From: an uncultured Elusimicrobia bacterium
GTDB lineage: Bacteria > Elusimicrobiota > Elusimicrobia > 2-01-FULL-59-12
DNA: 64,000 nucleotides
Direction: 5' to 3'
Assembly: GCA_964441955.1 (NCBI GenBank)
Contig: CAYTWA010000007.1
Coordinates: 71,555 to 135,554, forward strand
Shown: positions 19,103-28,608 of the stretch, in pieces
How positions within the stretch are numbered: the stretch's first letter is position 1
How the letters are laid out: the number at the start of each line of letters is the position of its first letter
Made by a program: the position numbers and the translations under genes
The notes under the pieces: generated by a model
The model's database searches: none
What the model saw: only the letters and a program-made list of their open reading frames with translations
What the model was told of the DNA's origin: nothing

Positions 19103-20626
19103 TTAAGCGGCTGATCCCAACCTTTCCGGAGGCTTTCGAAGAGAGCCTTCTGGTCCGATGTAGGTTTTGAAATGCATGAAGGCATGTCTAATTTGTTGTC
19201 GAGTAAGATGAAAGTCACCTGTTAATACCGAACGAACCCCAAAAAAAGCATTTTTAGGGTCTCGAAGGTACTTTTCCGCTATGTCCAGTAGGTATGACGC
19301 AAGCTCGGCGTAGTGTTCACCATCCGCAAAACTAAGGAGATCTCGTGCAATTTCCAATGTTTGATCCTCGTTTAGTCCTAGTGAACCCAAATGAGTACCA
19401 AGGTTCACTCTGGCTCCTCGCTGGCCTTGGCGGGTCGGCGCGGTTAAACTCTCACGAATAAACATTTTGGCGGCGAAAAGAATTAGATTTTTGCGCTCCG
19501 GAGTGCACCATTGTTTTTGAATCGCAAAAGCAACAATGCGCTGGTCTAAATAATCTTGGGCTAGGTGTGCTGCGAGAGCGTCGATTTGGTCAATGCGGCC
19601 TGAGAGCTGCGGAAACGATGATTGAGCGACAGAATTTTGTATCGCCGTCTCGAAGGCTAAAACGGCCTCTTCCCCAAAACGAGGAAGAAGAAGTTCCTTA
19701 AATAAGGCTTGTTCTGTGTGAGGGTCGCGACCCGCCGCGATTCTCATCGCCTGAAATAATGCCGCGAAAGCCAAATGCTTATACAAGACATTATTCGGGT
19801 CGAAGAAATCAGAAATCAAATAAATGCCCGAAAGGTTGCCAGTCCCTAAAAAATAAGAGTTTGTTCCTTGAACGGCGCGCGGTGCACCGACCAGCCCGCG
19901 ATTGGGGAAGGATTTTATTTCCAATGAACTTTCTGCCAATAAGTCGACAGCATAATTAAATACGGTAAGTTTGGTTGGCTGAAAAATACCGGATTTGAGG
20001 AAAAACGTCATTAAATATGGATCGATCGTAGAAATGGCCGTTTTGAGTTCATTCGCCATTTGAGGCAAGGTTTGCGCGTGCAGTGAAATCTTCAACGCAG
20101 CGGCCAGCCTCCTTAATATCTGAATTTTGATTAATGTTTGTTCGAGAATGGCTTCCGCGCGGTCTTTAATAATCTGTTGCTCTTCTAGAGAGATCCCCTT
20201 GGAGAAACTCTCACGAGCGGCCTGTGGGGATTCCAGCCATCCCAAGGGGGCGGCTGCCAAAACCACGCTCTTAGCCGCAACCCAGGGAGCGATTGCCAGT
20301 CCTTTCGCCAGCCAAAAATATCCAAAGGCTCCAAGCCCACTGGCTGACAGAATCAGGACTGGAATCACGACTTCTCCCCATTTAAAGAAATCGGAGGTCT
20401 GAGTGTTCAGATTTAAAAAGGCCCATTTCATCAAAGACGCCGCCTTAGGGTCTTTGGGAGGGTGAAAACCAGCGCCGGGTCGCGGTGGAAGGGTCTGAAG
20501 GTTAAAGAAAGAGGGACCAGCGCTCGCTAAGTCGACATTAGGAATAATCGAAATAAAATCTGCAAAATTAGGACCTATGGCTACACAGGTCGCCAAGTAC
20601 AAAAAGCTTATGCGACGCAAAAGCAT
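19103..20626 (-). CDS. Hypothetical membrane/secreted protein (lower-GC gene)
   Basis: 507-aa ORF with a signal/TM N-terminus. The base composition is visibly more AT-rich than its neighbours. No domain recognised. Confidence 0.4.
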   Translation of the reverse strand: MLLRRISFLYLATCVAIGPNFADFISIIPNVDLASAGPSFFNLQTLPPRPGAGFHPPKDPKAASLMKWAFLNLNTQTSDFFKWGEVVIPVLILSASGLGAFGYFWLAKGLAIAPWVAAKSVVLAAAPLGWLESPQAARESFSKGISLEEQQIIKDRAEAILEQTLIKIQILRRLAAALKISLHAQTLPQMANELKTAISTIDPYLMTFFLKSGIFQPTKLTVFNYAVDLLAESSLEIKSFPNRGLVGAPRAVQGTNSYFLGTGNLSGIYLISDFFDPNNVLYKHLAFAALFQAMRIAAGRDPHTEQALFKELLLPRFGEEAVLAFETAIQNSVAQSSFPQLSGRIDQIDALAAHLAQDYLDQRIVAFAIQKQWCTPERKNLILFAAKMFIRESLTAPTRQGQRGARVNLGTHLGSLGLNEDQTLEIARDLLSFADGEHYAELASYLLDIAEKYLRDPKNAFFGVRSVLTGDFHLTRQQIRHAFMHFKTYIGPEGSLRKPPERLGSAA

Positions 20627-20718
20627 AGATAGACTCTCTCAAATGACTGTTACGAATAGATTAATCATAAGGCCTATTTTTGCATAAGCGTATTGGCGTC
20701 AACGAATGGGCCTTAAGA

Positions 20719-22206
20719 TCAGGCGGCGGCTTGCTGTTGGGTGGGGGGCCAGATGCGGAAGATGTCGCCTTTTTCGTTTTGCTCGAGGCCTTTGGGAATC
20801 CAAAAAGTAAAGGTAGAGCCTTCACCGACTTTGGAGCGGACGGAAATTTCGCCGTGATGAGCTTCTACGATGTTTTTGCAATTGGCTAGCCCAAGCCCTG
20901 TGCCGCCGCGCGTCCCCCGGACTTGCTCGAAACGTTTAAACATCCGGTCCATGAATTCTGGCGGAATGCCGGGACCCGTATCGATCACCTGGCACTGAAT
21001 CCGGTCTTTAAGTTCCACAAATTTGACCGTCACAAAACCGCTGTCCGGCGTAAATTTGATGGCGTTGGAAATCAAATTGACAATCACCCGCTCAATCAAT
21101 GAAGGGTCCAGCTTCATGGCGGCCACCTCTTCAGGCATGTCGAGCGTTAAAGTGATGTGCTTCTTAGCCGCTTCCGTATGGAGAATTTCTACAGTGGGGG
21201 GCACCACTTGGCGCATATCCACCTCCGCCAAGGCCAACTTCAGTTTGCCCGCGGAAATTTTGGCGGAGTCCAAAAGGTTTGAGATGATGTGCAAAAGTTT
21301 TGTGGAGGCGTTCTCCATGATATGGATCATCTTCTTCTGCTCGGGCGTGATGGGGCCGGCCATTTCTTCGCCGAGGACCTGAAGGTAGCCGCGTATGGCG
21401 GTCATCGGGCTTCGCAAGTCATGGGTTAGAGACTGCAGGAAGTCATCTTTGAGCGCTTCCAATTCTTTCTCGGCGGTAATGTTTCGCAGGGAAAGGACGA
21501 TCCAATAAGCGGTTTCGCTACCCTCCGGGGCATTGACCAACGTAACCGAAAGGCCGTAAAAACGACGAATGGTTTCTTGCGACAAATCGATCATGCGCGC
21601 GCTCTTCGGGCGGTCGCCTTCAATGGATTCTCGAAGCGATACGCCGAGACGATCGTCTTTCACAAACCCCCAGATGGGCCGGCCCGCCAGCGCCTCTTTG
21701 TTTTCTTCCTCCAAGCCTAAAATGGATAGCGCCTTGGGATTAATGAGCTGAACCTGGCCTTCTGGGTCGGTCAAAATAATGCCATCTTCGCTGGAATAAA
21801 TAACGCCTTCGATTTTGGCTTTCTCGGTCACCACTTCATCCACGCGTACTTCGCTGTAGCGACGCATATCTTCGCACATCCGGTTAAACGCACCGGCCAA
21901 GTCTTGAAGTTCATCATGCGTGTGAATGTCCACCAGGGTGGAAAAATCCCCTTTGCCGATGCGCTGCACGCCGTGCATGAGGGCGCCAAGGGGTTTGGCG
22001 ATATGCCGTGCTAAAAGAAACGCACAACCTAATGAAAGGGTTGTGACGGCCATCAGCCCAAGCAAGCTAAACCAGAAATGCTCTTCGTAAAAGCGAAAGA
22101 CCAGGCTGGTCATAAACGCGACCGGTAATAAGGAAGATATTCCACACAACAGCAATAACTTGGCGTTAATCGTCATGCGGAACAGACGTTCGGAAAACCG
22201 TTTCAT
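20719..22206 (-). CDS. Sensor histidine kinase (TM-HAMP-PAS-HisKA-HATPase)
   Basis: H-box 'LTHDLRSPMTAI', N/G boxes 'NLISNAIKFT' and 'DTGPGIP..GGTGLGL'. Real start is MKRFSERL; the track's 108-aa extension overlaps znuB and is spurious. Confidence 0.8.
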   Translation of the reverse strand: MKRFSERLFRMTINAKLLLLCGISSLLPVAFMTSLVFRFYEEHFWFSLLGLMAVTTLSLGCAFLLARHIAKPLGALMHGVQRIGKGDFSTLVDIHTHDELQDLAGAFNRMCEDMRRYSEVRVDEVVTEKAKIEGVIYSSEDGIILTDPEGQVQLINPKALSILGLEEENKEALAGRPIWGFVKDDRLGVSLRESIEGDRPKSARMIDLSQETIRRFYGLSVTLVNAPEGSETAYWIVLSLRNITAEKELEALKDDFLQSLTHDLRSPMTAIRGYLQVLGEEMAGPITPEQKKMIHIMENASTKLLHIISNLLDSAKISAGKLKLALAEVDMRQVVPPTVEILHTEAAKKHITLTLDMPEEVAAMKLDPSLIERVIVNLISNAIKFTPDSGFVTVKFVELKDRIQCQVIDTGPGIPPEFMDRMFKRFEQVRGTRGGTGLGLANCKNIVEAHHGEISVRSKVGEGSTFTFWIPKGLEQNEKGDIFRIWPPTQQQAAA

Positions 22207-22229
22207 CGACGAAGGGTAGCCCTCGAACG

Positions 22230-23099
22230 TTAGGACTTCAAGAAGATTCTTTTTGTTAAAACGCAGATTCCTAGAAGGGTGACCGTGGCCAAAATAGCCG
22301 TTGGGCCCAGGGGGGTATCGTAGTGATACGACGCGTAAAATCCAGCAAATCCGCCTACCCCCCCTAGGCAAGAAGAAAGCCAAAAGAAGGTCCCCATTCG
22401 CCGGCAAAACCGGCGAGCCGCTAAGGGGGGAATAATTAAAAATGCAAACGTCGGCATTGGCCCTACGATTAAAACGCCCACGGATAACGCTATTCCGATG
22501 ATGAGGTAAAGGAGCGTATCCCAAACCCAAACGTTTTCACCCATCACACGCGCCGTTTCGCGGTCAAACGACACAAATAGAAAATGCCGGTTAAAAATCA
22601 AGAGAAGAAACGAGAGCACGCTGAATACCCCGAGCAGCAAATGAAGATCCTGAGGGCTCACGGATACAATTTCCCCATGAAGCATGTTTAAGACTTCAAT
22701 TTTTCCAGTTGGATTGGCGAAGACGAGCATAATTGCCAAGGCGTAAGCGCCTGCCCACACGGCCCCGATGCGGCTTTCTGCGCTCCCCGTTCCACGACGT
22801 TCAAAAATGGCCAAAACCATAATGGCGGCCAACGTACAAACGGCGGAACCAGCCAACGCGAGCGCACGGTCGTGCGCTTCGCCGGGGTGCAGGGACCATG
22901 TAATCCCCAGTCCCTCCAAGAAAAAGACAAAAGAAATCCCGGCCGCAGATACTTGCGGCAAAGCCGCCCCCAGCAGCACCATCCGCCGCAAAAGAAAGTA
23001 TGTTCCGATCAGAGGGCAAAAAAAGCCTACCGCTAAACTTCCCAAAAGGGCATTTTGCAGCAAGAAACCATGACGAAATAAATCCCAGAAATCGTTCAT
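22230..23099 (-). CDS. znuB: Metal (Zn/Mn) ABC transporter permease, ZnuB-like
   Basis: Multi-TM ABC-3 permease-like sequence adjacent to znuC and znuA. Confidence 0.8.
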   Translation of the reverse strand: MNDFWDLFRHGFLLQNALLGSLAVGFFCPLIGTYFLLRRMVLLGAALPQVSAAGISFVFFLEGLGITWSLHPGEAHDRALALAGSAVCTLAAIMVLAIFERRGTGSAESRIGAVWAGAYALAIMLVFANPTGKIEVLNMLHGEIVSVSPQDLHLLLGVFSVLSFLLLIFNRHFLFVSFDRETARVMGENVWVWDTLLYLIIGIALSVGVLIVGPMPTFAFLIIPPLAARRFCRRMGTFFWLSSCLGGVGGFAGFYASYHYDTPLGPTAILATVTLLGICVLTKRIFLKS

Positions 23100-23758
23100 C
23101 GCAGCAACTCTTGGGCGACGGTGCCATTTTCCACACGCAGGGTTTGTTTGACGCGTTTTTTTAGGACGTCAATTCTGTGTGTCACCATTAATATGGCCAA
23201 TCGATCCTCACTGTTTAGTTCGGATAACAACGTCAAAATGCTTTCTTCTGCGATAGGGTCCACGCCGGCGGTTGGTTCATCCAGAATAAGGAGCCGGGGT
23301 TTGGCGGCCAAGGCGCGGGCCATCAAAATACGCTGGCGCTGGCCTCCGGAGAGTTCAGCAAAAAGGCGCGACGCGTGGCTCTCCATGCCCACACGCTCAA
23401 GACAAGCTTTAACGCGAAGATGATCGGCTTTTTGAGGTCGGCGATACCACGGCAAAAGCCCGGTCAAACCCATAGCCGCTACGTCGTAGGCGGTGAGAGG
23501 ATAAATGGGGTCTAAGGTGTCGCGCTGGGGCACATATCCGATACGGTTTGTTAAGGAGGGGGCGCGCTGCGCCTCGCCTTGGAGGGCGGGCAATAGCCCT
23601 AAGAGGCCACGAAACATCGTGGTTTTCCCGGCCCCATTTGGACCAACGATGGCCCAAAAACTCCCTTCATGAACGGAAAAATTCACCCTTTCTAAAACGG
23701 GTTTCCCGCAGTACCCAAACGAAACGTTTTTAAGTTCAATCAACGCATCGCTGGGCAT
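23096..23758 (-). CDS. znuC: Metal ABC transporter ATP-binding protein, ZnuC-like
   Basis: Walker A 'GPNGAGKTT', signature 'LSGGQRQR' and Walker B 'LILDEP'. Confidence 0.85.
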   Translation of the reverse strand: MPSDALIELKNVSFGYCGKPVLERVNFSVHEGSFWAIVGPNGAGKTTMFRGLLGLLPALQGEAQRAPSLTNRIGYVPQRDTLDPIYPLTAYDVAAMGLTGLLPWYRRPQKADHLRVKACLERVGMESHASRLFAELSGGQRQRILMARALAAKPRLLILDEPTAGVDPIAEESILTLLSELNSEDRLAILMVTHRIDVLKKRVKQTLRVENGTVAQELLR

Positions 23759-23770
23759 AGACCAGGAGGG

Positions 23771-23983
23771 TTAATTGGTATGGCGTAGGTAGTGGTGGCG
23801 GTCGTGAATCAAAGCGTGACGGTCGACTTCAAACGCCACCTCGTTTACGCGGTCGCGAAACCACAAAAATTGTTCGGGAGTTAAGGAAAGGTCGTGGTCG
23901 GCCGTCCGCACATGCACGCAGTGGCAATTGTCGCAGGCAAAAATGTCCATCTTTGGTTCATGGTTATGTTTTTTTCGTTTCAT
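23771..23983 (-). CDS. Small His/Cys-rich protein (70 aa) embedded in the znu operon
   Basis: 'HNHEPK..CDNCHCVHV..HALIHDRHHYLRH' contains many metal-ligand residues. It sits between znuA and znuC. Confidence 0.35.
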   Translation of the reverse strand: MKRKKHNHEPKMDIFACDNCHCVHVRTADHDLSLTPEQFLWFRDRVNEVAFEVDRHALIHDRHHYLRHTN

Positions 23984-24022
23984 GGAAGGTCCTCTCTCAA
24001 GGAAAGATTGAACGGGCCTATT

Positions 24023-24919
24023 TTAACCCTTTATGGCATCTAGTATCGAGCGAATGTTGTGATCGATAAAGCCAAAGTAATCTTGGGTGCCTGGAAAGGC
24101 GCCCCCCATCGTGGCAATTTCGGCGATGTGGGCGCCGGTTTGTTGCGCGATCCACTCCGCTGTTTTGGGGCCGTATTGAATTTCTCGAACCAAAACGTTC
24201 ACGTTTTCCACTCTCATGGTATGGATTAAACGCTCCAGGTACGCAGGGGTTGGCGGAATGCCGGGCTTGGGTTCCACCGTTCCCATAGACTGCAGCCCCA
24301 AAAAGTCTGAGAGATAAACCAAATCGGGGTGATGCGTCACCACTTTAAGTCCCCGGAGAGGTTTCGATGCTTCACGCCATGCCAGCAGCTTAAGGGTGAG
24401 TTCATTTTTAAAGGCGTTTCGATTTTTTTCGAACTCCGCTCGGTGTGTTGAGTCCAGGCGTGATAACCCCTCCATAATGGTGTCGGCGATCGTAAACCCT
24501 TGGCGCGGGTCCATCGTGTAATGGGGATTCCCGAAGGGGTGTAATTCCCCTTGGGCGCGAGAAAGGTCCTCTGGGACTTCGAGCGGCTTGATCCCCTTGC
24601 TGCAGTCGATGTGTCCGTCGCGGCCTTTTAAGAGTTTAGGGTTTTGCGCGGTTTCTAAGAGCGCCGGCAAAAAAGCGTGTTCCAATTCCAGTCCGACTAA
24701 AACCACGGCGTCGGCTCGGTTTAGTTTCGGAATGAAACTTGGGCGTTGAGGGACGTTATGAATGTCTTCCCTCCCGCGCGCCAGGCTTTCGACCTGAACG
24801 TGCTCGCCGCCGATGCGGCGTGTGATGTCGGCCAGTTCCGGAACGGTCGTGACGACGCGAAGAGATGCGGCTTGCGTGAACGAGACGAGTCCTAATAGCA
24901 AAATAAGCAAACGTTTCAT
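24023..24919 (-). CDS. znuA: Periplasmic metal-binding protein, ZnuA/TroA-like
   Basis: Signal peptide and a cluster-9 SBP-like sequence with a His-rich stretch. It is adjacent to znuCB. Confidence 0.8.
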   Translation of the reverse strand: MKRLLILLLGLVSFTQAASLRVVTTVPELADITRRIGGEHVQVESLARGREDIHNVPQRPSFIPKLNRADAVVLVGLELEHAFLPALLETAQNPKLLKGRDGHIDCSKGIKPLEVPEDLSRAQGELHPFGNPHYTMDPRQGFTIADTIMEGLSRLDSTHRAEFEKNRNAFKNELTLKLLAWREASKPLRGLKVVTHHPDLVYLSDFLGLQSMGTVEPKPGIPPTPAYLERLIHTMRVENVNVLVREIQYGPKTAEWIAQQTGAHIAEIATMGGAFPGTQDYFGFIDHNIRSILDAIKG

Positions 24920-24927
24920 ATTCCTCC

Positions 24928-26139
24928 CTAGCGATCCTTAAATAAATGGACGTGTGTCCCGATCGAGCCAAACCATTGCAAAAACACTTGGTGGTCGGCT
25001 TTGGTGCCATCGTTTATTTTTACTTTGGAGACCTGTAAGCGAATCCGCTGAAATTCCGATGGCAGGAAGTTCAGGGTTATCCCATAGGTGTGGGTGGTTT
25101 GGCGTCGGTTATTGAGGTCGTTGGCGATATCCACAAAACCACCCGTGCTCCAACGGGGCGCAAAACGCCAGTCCACATAGGAGTACCCACCGAGAGCCTG
25201 TTTACGCTCGAACGTATCCGTGTCACCGGCGCCATCGCCATCGGTATCAAGGGCCGACTCCTGACGGCGTCGTTCGTCATTGCGGAATACTTCGGTTCCC
25301 CAAAGGAACTTTCCCACTTGATGGGCGCCCGTGGGTTCATAGCGGAAAGTGAGATCAAAAGCATTCAGCCAGCGGGGAGTAGCCAAGGCATCGTTTCGTA
25401 CACCCCCGATATAAAACTGACGCGGGGTTAAGGCATTGCTGATTCCTACATCGACCCCTGAAATATCCCCTAACGGAATATAGGTAAACAAGCGCTGAAG
25501 ATACGTCATGGCCTCTGCCCCTCTGCCTTTGGAATGTCCATCCGCCTCGGAGGGAACGGTTTGTTTAAGCCGTGTGTTTTCAGCTCCGATTTTCTTGTAG
25601 GCCCCCAGCGTGCCTTGCAGAAAGAAGGGGGTTTTAAATAGATGGATCACTTCCGCTCCTTCCGCTTGCCCTTCGCCACCCACAAAATTTTCCAAGGATG
25701 CCGTTCGGTTGACAAACGGCAATTCGTGGTCGTGCCAGTGGGGGAGGCGTCCAAAGTTGACAAAAAAGCGCCCCCCGCGAACGGTTAAATTCCATGGCAG
25801 CGAAGTGGTCACAAAGGCGGCTTCTTCCACTTCGATTTCATCCGGCGTGCCGTTGATGATGGCGTAGAGGTTGGCAAACGGATCTACCGCGGCGGTCATA
25901 TTCAATTCAGCCGAACGAAATCGAAAGTCCGAACGCTCGTTTCGTGTGGATTGAAAGGCGGTGTCCAACACTAACCCCAAGGCTGGGTTAAATGCGCTTA
26001 GGTTGGATGGAACGCTCGAGACATCAAGCGGATTGATGGTTGTGGGGCGTATCCCGCTAGCTTCCGCAGCCAAGAGCGTGCCGGTCGTAAAAAGTGCCAA
26101 TCCAGCAAGAATGGCACGTAGGGCGTACACGTGTTTCAT
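24928..26139 (-). CDS. Outer-membrane beta-barrel protein, putatively metal-regulated
   Basis: Signal peptide 'MKHVYALRAILAGLALFTTGTLLA', alternating beta-strand pattern and a C-terminal aromatic residue. Real start is MKHV. Confidence 0.5.
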   Translation of the reverse strand: MKHVYALRAILAGLALFTTGTLLAAEASGIRPTTINPLDVSSVPSNLSAFNPALGLVLDTAFQSTRNERSDFRFRSAELNMTAAVDPFANLYAIINGTPDEIEVEEAAFVTTSLPWNLTVRGGRFFVNFGRLPHWHDHELPFVNRTASLENFVGGEGQAEGAEVIHLFKTPFFLQGTLGAYKKIGAENTRLKQTVPSEADGHSKGRGAEAMTYLQRLFTYIPLGDISGVDVGISNALTPRQFYIGGVRNDALATPRWLNAFDLTFRYEPTGAHQVGKFLWGTEVFRNDERRRQESALDTDGDGAGDTDTFERKQALGGYSYVDWRFAPRWSTGGFVDIANDLNNRRQTTHTYGITLNFLPSEFQRIRLQVSKVKINDGTKADHQVFLQWFGSIGTHVHLFKDR

Positions 26140-26245
26140 GGTGTCCTCCATAAAGTGAGATATAAACAAAGCGTTAATAGGCTTTAAAAACACTAACGGA
26201 CCCAGCCGCTAGGGTAACATCAGAACAACGGATCAGAACAGATGA

Positions 26246-26542
26246 TTAGAGGGCTGCTGGAGGTGAAAGGCCGTGCGAGGTTGAAGCGAAAACGTGGTAT
26301 TGCGCTGGCGAAAAATCAACGGTGGACCCTAAAACGCTGAAATGAATTACAAAAACGGAATCCGCAGGAGTTAAGGCGGGTGTTTGATGGGCGATTTTGC
26401 AAACGGAGCAATCCGTTGCCCGGGTGGCCCCCAGTTCTTTATGCGCATGGGCCCATTCCGCGGCCGTAAAGCCCAGGAATCCCGCCAAAACAACCAAGCC
26501 GATGAAGCGTCTGAATAACATCATACGCAGTAGAAGTATCAA
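26246..26542 (-). CDS. Small secreted hypothetical protein
   Basis: Hydrophobic N-terminus. It contains 'CSVCKIAHQ'. Confidence 0.3.
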   Translation of the reverse strand: MILLLRMMLFRRFIGLVVLAGFLGFTAAEWAHAHKELGATRATDCSVCKIAHQTPALTPADSVFVIHFSVLGSTVDFSPAQYHVFASTSHGLSPPAAL

Positions 26543-26569
26543 AACCGACAGATAGGAGTCAAATGATTT

Positions 26570-28204
26570 TCAGTAGCCGCTGTAAAGAATAAGCGAACAA
26601 ATGATGAACACTAAAATGGCAAACGTCCAATGAATACCGCGGGTCATGGCATCGCGTTTAAGGGTTTCCACCTGAAGGTCGCGAAGTTCCAGGTAGGGGG
26701 TTTTCTTCCCGCGGAGCCACCCGTGAACGACGGCGTCTTTGTCGTTGAGCTTTGCCAGGTTTGAGACGCCGAAAAGCCCCGCGGCCAAATTCCACCCGGA
26801 GTGGCGATCCAACGGGAGAGCTTTTTCATCAACCCGTAAATGCCACACCATCGAGGCTTTTTCTTTAGCGCCGACGAGTCGCCCTTTAAACTCCTGCAGC
26901 GATCTTTTGGAATAGAGCACCTCGATTTTAGGCATACGCGCTAAGGACCAAGTCCAAACCATCCAAGTGGCGGCATAAAACCATTCGAATTCGTAGGCGG
27001 TCAGCCAATGAAGGAGGAGTGCCCCAACGGGCAGCACGGTAGGTAAAACAAGCAGGGCTCGCTGCTTAAACGGTCGTTTGGGAAGCGATTCCACCATTTG
27101 AGGCAACGCGGGTTTGGGAGGCTCCTGAGGTTTTGGCGTGGGTGTGACTATGGGGGGCGGCACCGGTTTTGGCGCTGGCACTGGTTTTGGTGTTTCGACA
27201 GGCTTAGGAAGTTCCGCGGGGTTAGGTGTTTTTTTCTTGTCGTCATCCCCGCGGATGGGTAGCGGGGATTCAGTGTCTTTAGGCGACGTCTTCGCCGTCG
27301 GTTGGGCGGTTTTTTTAGGTCCGGAAAACAATTGGCTGAAAAAGCCTGGCTTCTTTTGAGCCGTGGAAACAAAAGGTTTGGCTTTGGGTGGCTCAACGGG
27401 CTTTACCGGTGTGGGTGGTGGAGCAGGAATCTCCACGGGTTTTTCAGTTTCAAGCGGTTTAGCGGGCTCGGCTGGAGGAGCGGTTTCTGGTTTGGCTAAT
27501 TCCGCGGGCTTTACAGGTACGGGTGTCGGGTCTGGGATCGGTGTCGATATCGGGAGCGGCGTTGGTTCAGGTGCAGACATCGGCAAAGGCTCCACACTTT
27601 TAACCACCGGCTCTTCTTTTATCTTCGGCTCAATTTTCTTGGGCGTGTCTGAGGGTTTCTTTTCTTCTTTACTGACTCGCTTAACCGCTTTCTCGCTTTC
27701 TTTGGCCGGGGGCATGTTCGCGCCCAAACGGTCCGCGGTTTTTTCGAGCGACTTGGCCATGGACTTCAAAGCTTTGGCCAAGGGATTGGGTTTTATGGGT
27801 TCTACTTCTAAGGTTTCCATGCGCGGTTTGGCCTCATGCGCCGCCAATTCCACTTGTTCGCGAAGGGAACGTTCCAGCGCGCGGTCAAAAACGGCCAAGG
27901 TGCGAAAATCAATCCAAACCCCGCGGTCTGAGGGGCAAAACGTGAAAATGAGCCCGGCCGTTTTCGAGCGGCCTTGCTGCAGCTTGCCGTTGCATTTCGG
28001 GCACGAACGGGCCGTGGCCAACTTGTAGTCGTATGCTTCCTCGAAAGCGGTTTTAAAACGGGCATGGTCATCACTAAAGCCGTCCAGCGTGCTTTGGTCG
28101 GACCAAAGGAAGGCGCAAGACGGGCACTGGTACACCGTGCCATGCGTGGTTTTGCGCGCCTGCAACTCCATCCCATCACAAGTCGGGCATTTCATTGGGG
28201 ACAA
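26570..28204 (-). CDS. Membrane protein with two N-terminal zinc ribbons and a long Pro/Lys/Glu-rich low-complexity linker
   Basis: 'CPTCDG..CPSC' and 'CPKCNG..C' ribbons. About 200 aa of PxxP/PKP repeats, then TM segments and a C-terminal domain. Confidence 0.6.
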   Translation of the reverse strand: MSPMKCPTCDGMELQARKTTHGTVYQCPSCAFLWSDQSTLDGFSDDHARFKTAFEEAYDYKLATARSCPKCNGKLQQGRSKTAGLIFTFCPSDRGVWIDFRTLAVFDRALERSLREQVELAAHEAKPRMETLEVEPIKPNPLAKALKSMAKSLEKTADRLGANMPPAKESEKAVKRVSKEEKKPSDTPKKIEPKIKEEPVVKSVEPLPMSAPEPTPLPISTPIPDPTPVPVKPAELAKPETAPPAEPAKPLETEKPVEIPAPPPTPVKPVEPPKAKPFVSTAQKKPGFFSQLFSGPKKTAQPTAKTSPKDTESPLPIRGDDDKKKTPNPAELPKPVETPKPVPAPKPVPPPIVTPTPKPQEPPKPALPQMVESLPKRPFKQRALLVLPTVLPVGALLLHWLTAYEFEWFYAATWMVWTWSLARMPKIEVLYSKRSLQEFKGRLVGAKEKASMVWHLRVDEKALPLDRHSGWNLAAGLFGVSNLAKLNDKDAVVHGWLRGKKTPYLELRDLQVETLKRDAMTRGIHWTFAILVFIICSLILYSGY

Positions 28205-28209
28205 GGATA

Positions 28210-28608
28210 TCAGGTCCAGTCGGCCATTTTAAGGTGGGGAATGCGTGAGAATTCCCTGGTGTTGTGTGTGATGAGGGTTGAATTCAAGCTTAAGGCATGT
28301 GAAGCAATGAGGAGGTCGTAGGCGCCGATAGGCACACCGCGACGTTCCAGGTCCACGCGCAGGCGCCCGAAATGATCGGCGCAAGAGGTGTCCAGAGGAA
28401 GAACCGGAATGGCGGCCGTCAGTTCGTGAATGGTGCTTAAGTTTGTTGCCACGCGTTGGCTTTTTCGGGCGCCGTAAATTAACTCCAGATAAGTGACGAC
28501 CGACATCCCCGTTTCTCCGGCAGGCAGTTTTTCAAATCGAGCCAGGAGAGCGGGTGAACTTTTTTTGGCGATGTAAATGCAGATATTGGTGTCGAGAAGG
28601 TAGCGCAT
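28210..28608 (-). CDS. vapC: VapC PIN-domain toxin
   Basis: 'MRYLLDTNICIY' plus conserved acidic residues of the PIN fold. Confidence 0.85.
   Translation of the reverse strand: MRYLLDTNICIYIAKKSSPALLARFEKLPAGETGMSVVTYLELIYGARKSQRVATNLSTIHELTAAIPVLPLDTSCADHFGRLRVDLERRGVPIGAYDLLIASHALSLNSTLITHNTREFSRIPHLKMADWT

Noticed and set aside
27100-27650. Short periodic DNA repeats that could be mistaken for a CRISPR-like array
   Set aside because: The repeats are in-frame codon repeats encoding a Pro/Lys-rich low-complexity protein segment. There are no unique spacers of constant length and no cas genes.
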